A program made the position numbers and the translations under genes. Below the pieces are notes generated by a model. It was not told the DNA's origin and searched no databases. It saw only the letters and a list, made by a program, of their open reading frames with translations. 64,000 nucleotides of DNA, from assembly GCA_038845975.1 (NCBI GenBank), contig JAWBQF010000008.1:29673-93672 (forward strand), given 5' to 3'. This DNA is from Candidatus Methanomethylicia archaeon. Lineage in GTDB: Archaea; Thermoproteota; Methanomethylicia; CALHIW01. Positions 42,279 through 52,898 of the stretch are shown here, piece by piece (the stretch's first letter is position 1; every line of letters starts with the position of its first letter).

Positions 42279-42690
42279 GGCTTTGTGGATTTTAGCTTTA
42301 TTTGAAAGTTCTTTTCTTATTTATGGTGTTGGTATGTCTAAAATTGTTAGATTTGTTAAGGAAAGAGTTCCATTTATTCTTGTTATTTTACTTATATATT
42401 TTCGTTCATCTAGATACTTCGAATATTTTAAGCTTATGTAGAAGTTATGTTAACTTAAGCATGTTTGATCACCTTTATTTGGTTTTGTTTTTTATGAATT
42501 CTTAGCTTCTATCTTCTTATTAATCCATGCTTATAATAGGATCATCAACCATAAAATCTAACAATCCTCCTATCAATAGAAGCTTAAGATAAACTATAAT
42601 ATAGATACATAACTTCTATTAACAGTAAAAACTTAGAATATCTAAAGCCATCCTAGACGAACGAAATATATAACCTCCCTAACAAATCTT
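42279..42690. mobile_element. Two degraded fragments of the copy A/B/C IS6 family in opposite orientations
   Basis: 42279-42435 resembles the start of copy C (GGCTTTGT...TTATTTATGGTGTT...); 42443-~42690 resembles copy A/B sequence with internal deletions. Confidence 0.7.
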
Positions 42691-42699
42691 AGAGTTTCC

Positions 42700-43445
42700 C
42701 TAAATCTTAAATCCTTTGTGAGTGTTATACCTGGTAGCACATCATCAGCAGCTGCAGCTGAGAACAAGAGCTTAAAAGAATTCCAAGAGCTTCAGAAAAA
42801 TTCTATGAGGCATCATTAAAAGAGAAAAAGGAAATAGGAGCGAAATTCGGGGAGGGTAGACATCATGGAGTAAGCGTTGCAAGTTTTCCTAAATTAGCTG
42901 GATTAGAAGTAATTACGGAAAATGGACGTAGGAATGCTATAATGTTTCCTGAGTATGATATGTGGTTAGGTGCAGAAATAGCTGACAATGTTGAGGCGGT
43001 AGGTGGTATTGATTTCTTAGTTATCGCAGCAGAGTATGGTTTAGAAGGTGAAGAGCCTCTTTATACAGGTCCATCAGGACCCTTCATGTCACATCCAGTA
43101 AATATGAAGGGAAGAATTGGTAGCTATCTACTTATAGGTAGCTTTGATCCTGTTGCTTGTGATGCTGTAGGTGCAAGGGTGCAAGGTTGGTCAGCTGAAC
43201 AATTACTTGCTTGGCCAGGAATTCCACAGCTCCATTTCGTCTCTATGAAAGAATTAGGAACATTTGATCTCAGCTATATGGAGGTACGTGGATTAGGACC
43301 TAAACCAGTACCCGCAACTTCCATAGATATTTCTAATGCTAGATTTATTCCTGCTGAACAGGAAAATTTCCTACGGAAGAATGAATGGCTACCAGCATTA
43401 GAGAAGTACGGAGAACTTTGTATCTTCCCAGAACTTCAAGCATAG
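42700..43445 (+). pseudogene. 5'-truncated DUF362-like protein
   Basis: C-terminal DPVACDAVGAR motif in ORF 42942..43445; upstream broken piece SLNLKSFVSVIPG; begins right after IS debris. Confidence 0.55.
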
Positions 43446-43673
43446 TTATGAATAAAAATAACCATAAACCTTTACTTTTTTATTTTTATTAAATACTGCG
43501 ATTACAGAATCTCATTAAGATTTCATATTTTATGTAAACTTGAATTTACAGGTTTCAGAATTAAGCTACAGGACATTAATAGCTAAATGATTAGGTATGA
43601 TATCTTAAATCTTAAGGATTCGTATTTTTACCAACTATAATAAAGATTAGGAGTATCTCTACTTAACTATAGG

Positions 43674-45011
43674 CTAATAGCCTTGCTTTTCCTGTATATA
43701 TTCTAGTAGGTTTATTGATTTATATTTCTGTTTTCTAAATTTCTCACTCTTTCCCTCAATAGGTATTGTAGCATCTATACCTGCTTTTGCTGTTATTGGT
43801 TTTTCCCCTGGTATATGCTTTGCTGATGGATCTAGTGATGATCCTCTTTGGTTAGTATAGATATATATATCTTTATCTGCTTGAACTCTTGTAGCTATTG
43901 CCCATTCAACCTCATTGGGATCGTAGATATCTACATCTTCATCTACTACTATACAGTGTTTTAGTGATTTATGTGTTTTAAATGCTGTTTCTATAGCTTT
44001 TTTAGGATCATCATTATGTTTTTTCTCTATCTGTATTACTGCATGTAGCCATGAGCATCCCCCAGGAGTTATCAAAACATTTATGCATCTGCATACTTTA
44101 TTTACTTCGCTGTAGATTACTGACTCTATAGGCATACCCATCAATATTTTATGTTCATTTCTGCCTGGAAGTAATGCTTGATATATTGGATTTCTCCTAT
44201 GAGTTATCCTTTTTACCTCTATTATTGGCTGTTCACGTTCTATATCGTAGGTTTCAGTTATATCTAGAAATGGGCCTTCAGGAGCTTTTTCTCTAGTTAT
44301 TTTACCCTCTAATACTATTTCTGTTTCTGCCGGAACTTCAATATCAATTGTTCTACATTTTACTAGTGGTGTTGGGTATAATGCGTTGGCCATGCTTAAC
44401 TCATCAACTCCATGTGGTAATGGTGTAGCTGCAGATATTAGTACCTGTATTGGAGCCCCAATACATATAGCTACATAAGCTTCTCCACCTGACCTCTTCA
44501 ATATGGTATCAGTTCCTCTTCCCTCAACTATTCTAGCAACAAATCTTCTTTCATCAAGTAGTAGTAATCTATGGAATGAAGAGTTCCTAATACCGGTCTC
44601 CGGATCCTTCAATATACATACAGCACTAGTAACATATCTTCCACGATCTCTAGGCATATGCTTCAATACTGGGAGTATTCCTAAATTAACATTTACCTCC
44701 TCTACTTCCTGGCATGGACCACTATCTAAAACTTCAGGCTCCTTTAAATTTCTCATTGCCCAGTTAAGCCTACTTATTATTTCCTCTTTTCTAATTCTTA
44801 AAGCTTTAGCTACAAGATCTCTTGATGATACTATGTTTCCAACTACCGGTATTTTTGACTCTTTTATCTTCTTGAAGTAGACAGGGTTTCCATCCAGTGC
44901 TGCAAGTATGCTTGCAACCTCATACTCTACAGATGCTTCCTTAACTATTTTTACTAGGCTACCTTCAGCTTCAAGCTTCGAAATAAAAGTTCTTAAATCC
45001 ATACTCCACAA
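43674..45011 (-). CDS. UbiD-family (prFMN-dependent) decarboxylase, possibly anhydromevalonate phosphate decarboxylase
   Basis: RNSSFHR, EIVLEG, PEGPF, GGCSWLHAV, VVDEDVD...VEWAIATR, GSSLDPS, GIDAT. Confidence 0.88.
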   Translation of the reverse strand: MWSMDLRTFISKLEAEGSLVKIVKEASVEYEVASILAALDGNPVYFKKIKESKIPVVGNIVSSRDLVAKALRIRKEEIISRLNWAMRNLKEPEVLDSGPCQEVEEVNVNLGILPVLKHMPRDRGRYVTSAVCILKDPETGIRNSSFHRLLLLDERRFVARIVEGRGTDTILKRSGGEAYVAICIGAPIQVLISAATPLPHGVDELSMANALYPTPLVKCRTIDIEVPAETEIVLEGKITREKAPEGPFLDITETYDIEREQPIIEVKRITHRRNPIYQALLPGRNEHKILMGMPIESVIYSEVNKVCRCINVLITPGGCSWLHAVIQIEKKHNDDPKKAIETAFKTHKSLKHCIVVDEDVDIYDPNEVEWAIATRVQADKDIYIYTNQRGSSLDPSAKHIPGEKPITAKAGIDATIPIEGKSEKFRKQKYKSINLLEYIQEKQGY

Positions 45012-45420
45012 AACATCTACTTCCCTATATGTTTAATTACTTCCAGCATTTCCCTGTAAACTTAAACCCTAATTATAGTATAGACATGTTTAAGCTACTG
45101 GGTTATAGAAAGGCTACTTATTAGTTATTTTAATTTGAACGTTGTATTTTGAGCGTTTATTATGGAATTCTTATTCTTCATCTAGCAATTTTTAGTTGTT
45201 GAATATTTGTTATGGTAATATCGATGTTCTTAAATCAATTATCAACCTATGCATGGCTACGTATATTTGTTTATGAAGTATTCATTAGTTCGCCATAGTA
45301 GAAACTCAGACAAATCACTATTATGAGAGTCTAAAAGATGATGAACAATAAGCCGCGAAATCATAGAGGCAAGAACTTTACTTCAGTAAGAGAATGTTTA
45401 AGTGAAATGTTTATAAGGCT

Positions 45421-45654
45421 ATGGTTAGGGAAAGTAGTGATGTTGAAGCTATAGGTAGAAGGATTTGGAACAATAGGGTTATTGAACATGATATTGGTGA
45501 AGCAGTCATTAAATGTATGGGTAGGAAATCAACATGCATAATTGTTTTTGCTGAGGAAAATAATAGTGAAGTACTTGGAGTTACAGCGCTTGAAAACCTA
45601 GGTTTAGAAGTAGATCTTATAGCAAAGCAGCTTAGGGAATTGAAGCAATACTAG
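45421..45654 (+). pseudogene. C-terminal remnant of an archaeal clan AA aspartyl-protease-like protein
   Basis: EVLGVTALENLGLEVD motif; the N-terminal DTG motif is absent. Confidence 0.55.
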
Positions 45655-46196
45655 CATTACATTCACTTGATCGGCTTTAAGTCTTCTACATTCTTAACAT
45701 TACCAATATTACCTAACATGAAACTATAGATTTAGTACCATTAATATCTATTCTAATGTAAAGCTTTACATTATTATATATTATTTCTATTGTTTCGAAA
45801 CTTTAAGTCATATTTAATGCTTCACCAGTTGTGAAGGTTCCAGTATCCAGCTGATATGTATGTAAGAGTCTACATTGACGCTCTTCATGGCTTAAGTTAG
45901 AAGATCCCTGTTTTGGTGATGATTCACAGTCCAGCAACCATTCGGTAGCTACTTCACCCACAGTTCACACCCTTAGATTAGGATATGTCACTACTGTAAA
46001 AGCATTTTATTCATTAAGATGGAGGCAGTATATACCAGTATCTCGAAGAGAATCTTCCCTGCTTTCAGCATTAATCTTCCCCGATTACAGTGAAGTAGGA
46101 AGTATTTAAATCCGGACAATTCACTTATAGTTAAAAAGTACTTTCCTGCTGAATTTTGTAATGGTTTTAAATCTTGAGGCGGCTACAGTTACCTTT

Positions 46197-47243
46197 TCAG
46201 AAGGGATTATAATCATACTCAACAAGCTCCTTAATTCTCCCTGTAACTGCATGGGAGAGCTGGCTAGTACTACTTGACCCTCCAAGATCTGGAGTTAATG
46301 TTTTACCTTTAGCTAATACATCTTCAACAGCTCTACTTATAATGTTTGATGCATTAAGACATTTTAAGTCTTTAAATTTATCGTAGAACCACTTAAACAT
46401 CATTGAGGTTGAAAGTATTGCTGCTATAGGGTTTACAATATCTTTCCCTGCAATATCGAAGAATGCACCATGCATGGGTTCAAATATAGCGTAGCTATCA
46501 CCAATATTTGCTGATGGTGATAAGCCTAAGCCTCCAGTAATCTGGGCTGCTTCACTCGATAATATATCGCCGAACATATTTGTCGTAACTATAACATCGA
46601 AGCTTTCAGGATTTCTTATAAGATTCATGGTGCATGTATCAACATGCTGTTCTTCATAGATTACGTTAGGATAAATTTTGGAAACTTCCCTACAGGTTTC
46701 TGCAAACAACCCACATGTGATTTTTAAGATATTAGCTTTATGAACAGCTGTAACCTTACGTCTACGTGTTAAAGCCTGCCTGAAGGCAGCTTCAGCAATT
46801 CTTCTAGAAGCCTCCCTACTTATCACTCTTAAGCCTACAGCTATATTACCAGTTACAAATTCAAATCCTTTATATAGATCTTCAGTATTCTCCCTTACTA
46901 TAAGTAGATCTATATTGCTTCTTAAGCATGGAGTATTAGGATATGATTTTGCAAGTCTAAGATTAATGTATAGGTTAAGTGTTTGTTTAAGCTTAACATC
47001 AACTACGGGCTCGCCTATAGGTCCTTTAAGACATGCATGTGTAGATTTAATGGTTTCAACAGCATCTTCAGGAAGTAGAATACCATACTTTTTAAAAGCA
47101 TTATCACCTCCTTCAACAGGTATTTTCTCAATATTTATTTGAAGAAGATCTTCGACAGCTTCAATAATAGTTATTGCTGCATTTATAACTTCAGGACCTA
47201 CACCATCCCCTTTCATTACAGCAATTTTATACATTTCCACCAC
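46197..47243 (-). CDS. leuB: Isopropylmalate/isohomocitrate dehydrogenase family (LeuB-like)
   Basis: GDGVGPEV, VRENTEDLY, VHKANI, NMFGDILS, EPMHGAFFDIAGK, TPDLGG. Confidence 0.75.
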   Translation of the reverse strand: MVEMYKIAVMKGDGVGPEVINAAITIIEAVEDLLQINIEKIPVEGGDNAFKKYGILLPEDAVETIKSTHACLKGPIGEPVVDVKLKQTLNLYINLRLAKSYPNTPCLRSNIDLLIVRENTEDLYKGFEFVTGNIAVGLRVISREASRRIAEAAFRQALTRRRKVTAVHKANILKITCGLFAETCREVSKIYPNVIYEEQHVDTCTMNLIRNPESFDVIVTTNMFGDILSSEAAQITGGLGLSPSANIGDSYAIFEPMHGAFFDIAGKDIVNPIAAILSTSMMFKWFYDKFKDLKCLNASNIISRAVEDVLAKGKTLTPDLGGSSSTSQLSHAVTGRIKELVEYDYNPF

Positions 47244-48381
47244 CTACAATTTCCTTAAATATATTGTCTAAATCCTCCTCGAAGAGAGCTTTTCTATTAA
47301 CACCTAAAGCCTTAACAGCTCTTAAAACCTCATCTATAGTAGATTTTGAAACATTTCCATAGCGAGCTTTAATGAAATGTTCAACACCATGTCTACCTGA
47401 ATGCTTACCGAAGAATATATGTCTTTTCTGCCCTATAGTTTCAGGTTTTAGAGGCTCGTAACATAGTGGATTCTCTAATACTCCATGAACATGAATTCCG
47501 GATTCATGTGCAAATGCATTTCTCCCTACAAGTGGATAGTTTGGAGGAATCTTTATCCCGCTAATGTCCTGCACTATTCTTGAGATTTCAGCTATTTTTT
47601 CAAATCTTAAATTGACGTTGAAGCCATAAATAAACTTTAATATACATACGGTCTGCTCAAGACTTGCATTACCAGCTCTCTCCCCAAGACCGTTAATGGT
47701 TACATGTATTTGGGAGGCCCCACCAAGAACTCCGGCAATAGTATTTGCTGTAGCTAATCCGAAATCGTTATGGCAATGTACGGATATGGGAGTATTAACA
47801 TGTCTCTTAAGATTAGAGATAAGTTTAAACATTAATTCAGGTGTAAAGACACCTACGGTATCAGGAATATTAACTATATCAACATGAGCATCACTAGCAG
47901 AACTGTAAAACTTTAAAAGCCTACTAAAACTTGTTCTAGTAGCGTCCTCACATGAAAACTCGCATTTCAACCCATGAGCCTTAACATACTCAATAGCTTC
48001 TACAACGTTTTCTAAAGCTTTTCCCTCATCTATTTTAAGCTTATACTTTAAATGAATATCAGAAGTACCTATGAAGACATGTATTCTATCAACATCGCAT
48101 CTTAAACAAACATCAATATCTCTAGACTCACATCTCGCTAATCCGCAGACTTCAGCCTTTAATCCCTCACCAGCTATAAGCCTAGTAGCCTCCTCTTCAT
48201 CCCTCCAGCTTGCTGGAAATCCAGCTTCAATAACGTTAACACCAAGATCATCGAGAAGTCTAGCTATTTTAAGCTTATCATCAACACTAAAACATACACC
48301 AGGAGTTTGCTCTCCATCTCTTAACGTTGTATCAAAAACAAGAACATCTCTATTTATACTATTTACCTCGTAGTTAAACAA
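47227..48381 (-). CDS. 2-isopropylmalate/homocitrate/citramalate synthase family, short form without C-terminal regulatory domain
   Basis: DTTLRDGEQ, EAGFP, HCHNDFG, GLGERAGN, AHESGIH, GKHSG. Confidence 0.88.
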   Translation of the reverse strand: MFNYEVNSINRDVLVFDTTLRDGEQTPGVCFSVDDKLKIARLLDDLGVNVIEAGFPASWRDEEEATRLIAGEGLKAEVCGLARCESRDIDVCLRCDVDRIHVFIGTSDIHLKYKLKIDEGKALENVVEAIEYVKAHGLKCEFSCEDATRTSFSRLLKFYSSASDAHVDIVNIPDTVGVFTPELMFKLISNLKRHVNTPISVHCHNDFGLATANTIAGVLGGASQIHVTINGLGERAGNASLEQTVCILKFIYGFNVNLRFEKIAEISRIVQDISGIKIPPNYPLVGRNAFAHESGIHVHGVLENPLCYEPLKPETIGQKRHIFFGKHSGRHGVEHFIKARYGNVSKSTIDEVLRAVKALGVNRKALFEEDLDNIFKEIVGGGNV

Positions 48382-48589
48382 TTCTTTAAATAGATCTATC
48401 CAAGTTGGTGCATAATAACACCTATCAGCTAGGTAGGCTGGACGCTAATAAAGATGTTGTGCAGACTTTTCCACATAATATTTACTAGATTTAGCTAATC
48501 TTATGATGAATTGAAGCCAATGCAAAACATATTCAATAGATAAGTTGTTAACTAGTAAAAGATTTTAAATAGGTTCACCATATAGTAGT

Positions 48590-50101
48590 ATGCCTAAGTT
48601 TAAAGCTAGAGTAATTGATGCTTCTATTGGTAGACGCATAGTTCTCATTAATGATGTTGATGCTAGAACTCTAGGTTTAAGATCAGGAGATAGAGTTAGA
48701 ATCGGTTACTGTGACCGATTAGTATTGGCTATTATTGAGGTAGGTAGAGCATTAGTTAATCAGGGTGAAGTAGGAATATTTAACGATGTTAATGCTCAAC
48801 TTAAAGCTAGCAATGGGGATCTAATATATATTGAACAGGCTAACATACCGGAATCAATAAAATATATTAGGAAGAAGATGTCGGGTAAGCAGCTTTCAAG
48901 AGAGGAAATATTTACAATAGTTAGAGATGTAGTTAACGGTGATCTTAGCGATCTAGAAATCGCAGCATTTCTACTAGCTGAAGAATTTCACGGCATGGAT
49001 TTAAGTGAGGTTATAGCTTTAACACAGGCTATGGTTTCCACAGGTTTAACGTTAAGTTTTGAAGAACCTGTCTACGATAAACACAGTATTGGGGGAGTTC
49101 CAGGTAATAAGGTTAGTCTACTAATAGTACCCATAGTTGCAGCTGCTGGCTTAATAATACCTAAAACAAGTAGTAGAGCTATTACAAGCCCTTCAGGAAC
49201 AGCTGATACAATGGAGGTTCTAGCACCAGTAGAGTTTACAGCTGAAGAGCTTAAAAACATTGTTAAAAAGGTTGGTGGAGCAATAGTATGGGGTGGAAGC
49301 TTAAATCTTGCACCTGCAGACGATATATTTATTAGAATTGAGCATCAATTAGAAATAGATCCTAAAAGTCAAATGCTAGCATCGATAATGGCTAAAAAAC
49401 TTGCTGTAGATGCAAACTATGTAGTTATAGACATACCGACTGGAAAAGAAGCTAAAGTTGAAACAATAAGTGAAGCACGGAAGCTTGCAAACGATTTCGT
49501 TGAGTTAGGTGAAAGACTTGGAGTAAGAATTAAATGTGGTATAACATATGGAGGACAGCCGGTTGGACATACTGTTGGACCTGCTTTAGAAGCTAGAGAA
49601 GCATTAAAAGCACTTCAAGGTGAGGGGCCTGCAAGCTTAATAGAGAAGTCAACATCACTAGCTGGATTACTTTTTGAAATGGGGGGATATGCTCCGAGAG
49701 GTGGAGGACAGGATATAGCGAAAAAAATACTTACATCAGGTAAAGCATATGAGAAAATGAAGCAAATAATTGAAACCCAGGGAGGAAAGCCAAACATAAC
49801 TCCTGATGAAATACCGGTAGGATCGAAAAGAATAATGGTTGAAGCACCATGTGATGGATTCATAACAGATGTAAGCAATGTAGCTATAACAGCAATAGCT
49901 AGAGCTGCTGGAGCACCAGTAGAGAAGGGAGCTGGAATAGTACTGCATGGAAAGAGAGGATATAAAGTAAGAAAGGGGGAGCCAATACTTGAAATATATG
50001 CTGAGAGAGAATCGAAACTAAATGAAGCCTACAGGATTGCATTAACATTAAAACCGGTAACAATTGAGGGAATGCTCCTATATCAGTATCCAGAGTATTA
50101 G
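48590..50101 (+). CDS. AMP phosphorylase
   Basis: N-terminal double-psi-barrel-like extension, DKHSIGGVPGNK, KTSSRAITSPSGTAD; 503 aa. Confidence 0.92.
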   Translation: MPKFKARVIDASIGRRIVLINDVDARTLGLRSGDRVRIGYCDRLVLAIIEVGRALVNQGEVGIFNDVNAQLKASNGDLIYIEQANIPESIKYIRKKMSGKQLSREEIFTIVRDVVNGDLSDLEIAAFLLAEEFHGMDLSEVIALTQAMVSTGLTLSFEEPVYDKHSIGGVPGNKVSLLIVPIVAAAGLIIPKTSSRAITSPSGTADTMEVLAPVEFTAEELKNIVKKVGGAIVWGGSLNLAPADDIFIRIEHQLEIDPKSQMLASIMAKKLAVDANYVVIDIPTGKEAKVETISEARKLANDFVELGERLGVRIKCGITYGGQPVGHTVGPALEAREALKALQGEGPASLIEKSTSLAGLLFEMGGYAPRGGGQDIAKKILTSGKAYEKMKQIIETQGGKPNITPDEIPVGSKRIMVEAPCDGFITDVSNVAITAIARAAGAPVEKGAGIVLHGKRGYKVRKGEPILEIYAERESKLNEAYRIALTLKPVTIEGMLLYQYPEY

Positions 50102-50114
50102 AGCATAGATTAAG

Positions 50115-51251
50115 CTAGGAACGTAACGTAAGTACTGTAGCTAATGCAGCTAAAGCGAAAGCCGTTAAAACCATGTACGAATACGTTAATCCATAAATTG
50201 TAGATATATATCCAGCTATAAAAGCTGAAACAGAGCTTAAACCGAAACTCATGAAAAACGTCAATCCATAAACACTACCTACACCGGAACCTCTAAAAAT
50301 CCTACCAATAAAGCTTGTAAATGCTGGCTGATGTCCATAATAGGATAAACCATAAACTACAATAGCTATAATAGTTGTTAAAGCTTCCGGAAATATTTGT
50401 AGAGATATTAAGCTTAAAACAACACCAATCTTAGTAGTAACTAATACCCTTCTATCACCAAGAACATCCGCAAACCTTCCAGTTAGTATTTGACCAATCA
50501 TACCGCTAAAAAGAATTATGGATAATGCGATACCAGCTAAAACCTCTGTAAATCCCTTCACCTCCTTCAAATATGTTGGAAGATAAAGCTCAACACCTCT
50601 AAAGTAGAGACCAATAAAAACCGTAAATACAGTAATCTTAAGTAGGACTAGCCGCTCAACATTACTCTCCACATTATCCTTCTCCACCATCACCGTAGAC
50701 TTCATATCTGAAGCCTTAATAAAATATGTTGATGTAAGTATTGATACTAACCCAAGAATTATAAATGGTGTACGCCAATCAAAAACTAATGCTAAAACTA
50801 TAGCAATAGTTGGAATAATAATCTGTCCTAAACTCCCTAATGCACCATGAATACCCATAGCACTAGCCCGAGTATCCCTAAACATATAAGCTAATAACGT
50901 GTTTGATGCTGGATGATAGAAGCTAGCCCAGAAAGATATAAGGATAAAGGATATGGAGAAGATCAATAGAGACTTCTGAAATAGGAGAATAAGAGAGCTT
51001 AAACCTGATAATAGAAGCGTAATGGCAATAACACTAGAAACATTAACTTTATCAGATAATCTACCTCCAAGTAAAGCTCCAAAACCATACATGAAATAAG
51101 CTAAAGTAGCTACTAGCCCAATATCACTTAACGATACGTTAAACTCTCTAACCATAAGAGGTACAAGAGGGGGTAAAGCAATATGGAATGAATGATTTAA
51201 TGTATGAGCTAAACCTAAGATGGCAAGCAAAACCTTCCTACTAAACTTCAT
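50115..51251 (-). CDS. MFS transporter
   Basis: GRLSDK and GRFADVLG loop motifs, FYHP, about 12 TM segments. Confidence 0.9.
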   Translation of the reverse strand: MKFSRKVLLAILGLAHTLNHSFHIALPPLVPLMVREFNVSLSDIGLVATLAYFMYGFGALLGGRLSDKVNVSSVIAITLLLSGLSSLILLFQKSLLIFSISFILISFWASFYHPASNTLLAYMFRDTRASAMGIHGALGSLGQIIIPTIAIVLALVFDWRTPFIILGLVSILTSTYFIKASDMKSTVMVEKDNVESNVERLVLLKITVFTVFIGLYFRGVELYLPTYLKEVKGFTEVLAGIALSIILFSGMIGQILTGRFADVLGDRRVLVTTKIGVVLSLISLQIFPEALTTIIAIVVYGLSYYGHQPAFTSFIGRIFRGSGVGSVYGLTFFMSFGLSSVSAFIAGYISTIYGLTYSYMVLTAFALAALATVLTLRS

Positions 51252-51332
51252 AGTAGACTTACCTTAAAGCCATATATAAACATTATTTCACGATTTCAGC
51301 GATTCTAGAAGCTAATCTATTTCATCAGAATT

Positions 51333-52297
51333 GCTTTGTGGCTTAATTCTTTAAGTTTCTTATGTTTTACTTTAATTTATGTATTGGTCTGTTGTTGATG
51401 AGAGGCTTATTAGGCGTGGTGAGCTTCTACTTGGCTTAGACTTTCTTGAAGGCTATGATGCTGAGCTTATGGATTTGAATCGTGGTAAGGTAGGTCATCC
51501 CTTCAAAATTACCGTTAGGTATGTTGAATTCCTTATGGTTGTACGTTATCTCTTCTCAATGCCTTACAGACAGCTTGAAGGCTTCACTAGGGCTTTAAAT
51601 AGGCTTATCCCTTCCATCAGTTGACTACTCCTGGGTTAGGAGACGTATATTAAGGCTTAACCCATCTTTACACGCTGAGGGACTCAAGCGAACCCATAGT
51701 TATAGCCGTTGACTCGAGTGGTGTTAGCGTCCACAAGTCCGGCGGATGGGTTACGCGTATATGGCAGGAGGAAGCGCTACATCAAGATCCACTTCGTAGT
51801 AAACGTTAAGACTAAGGAGGTCTTAGCTATGGATGTAACAACAGATGACGTTCACGACTCAGAAGCGGCATTAATTAAGGATGCCTCTAAGCTTAGGAGG
51901 GTTTCTGAAGCTGTTATGGATGGAGCCTACGATAATGCTGAAGCCTACAATCTTCTTAGAAGGATGGGTGTAAAACCCGTCATAAAGCCTAGACGTAACG
52001 CTAGAGATGATAGAGGACCCCCGGAGAGACGTAGGATGGTTAGACTTATCGGAAGGATGGGTGATGAAGGGTGGGCGGGGATGGTGGGCTACGGTAGACG
52101 TTGGGCTGTTGAAACAACATTCTCAACATTCAAACGCCAGTATGGAGAATACTGCATGGCGAAAAACATGGAATAAAGAAAGAACTAGAAGCCAAAACAT
52201 ACATATACAACATGCTAATAAACCTATAAAGCAAAATCAAAAAGAAAACATAAAATCAGAGAAGAAACCTAGACAACAAAGAATTAAGCCACAAAGC
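51333..52297 (+). mobile_element. IS5-family (IS903-like) element with frameshifted transposase
   Basis: 20-bp perfect TIR GCTTTGTGGCTTAATTCTTT; 9-bp near-direct repeats ATCAGAATT/TTCAGAATT; pieces YRQLEGF, IAVDSSG, MDGAYD, YGRRWAVETTFS. Confidence 0.9.
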
Positions 52298-52373
52298 TTC
52301 AGAATTTAAAAACTAAATGCTTAAGTTTATTCATAATTGTAAGTATATACTGAAATCAATAATGTAGATTCTA

Positions 52374-52898
52374 TTAGCTGAGCTGACGAATCATATCTAT
52401 TACATTTTTATTACTAGTACATTTCATCATTATAATATCATCATCATATGCATGTAGAATTCTTAATAATTTATCTGTAACAATCCATGAGGTTAAATCT
52501 TTAAGCTCGCTCCATGTAAGAACTGTATAGCCTCTCTTCTTAAACATTTTCTGTACCTTTTCATTTTCAAGCTTTGTTGAAGCAGTAATTACATTTACTC
52601 TACGTGAAAGGTTATTCTCAGCTTCATCAAGTAGTTTTCCACCAATACCTATACCTTGATAGGATGATATAACAGCCATGTAGTATAGTACACCTAGCTT
52701 AATATTTAGCTTTACAGTATAGTACATTATGAAGCCAATAATCTTGTTATCTACCTTAGCTACAAGAGTTCTAGAATTACTTAGAGACTTCATAACGAAG
52801 TAGCTATGAAATGGGCCGAGTGTACTTTCAGCTATTCTAATAACATCATTTCTTTCACAGCTACCTATAGGCTTGATAGATACAGGTAGATACATCAA
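52374..52898 (-). CDS. GNAT acetyltransferase
   Basis: AVISSYQGIGIG acetyl-CoA motif; N...QKMFKKRGY. Confidence 0.85.
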   Translation of the reverse strand: MMYLPVSIKPIGSCERNDVIRIAESTLGPFHSYFVMKSLSNSRTLVAKVDNKIIGFIMYYTVKLNIKLGVLYYMAVISSYQGIGIGGKLLDEAENNLSRRVNVITASTKLENEKVQKMFKKRGYTVLTWSELKDLTSWIVTDKLLRILHAYDDDIIMMKCTSNKNVIDMIRQLS

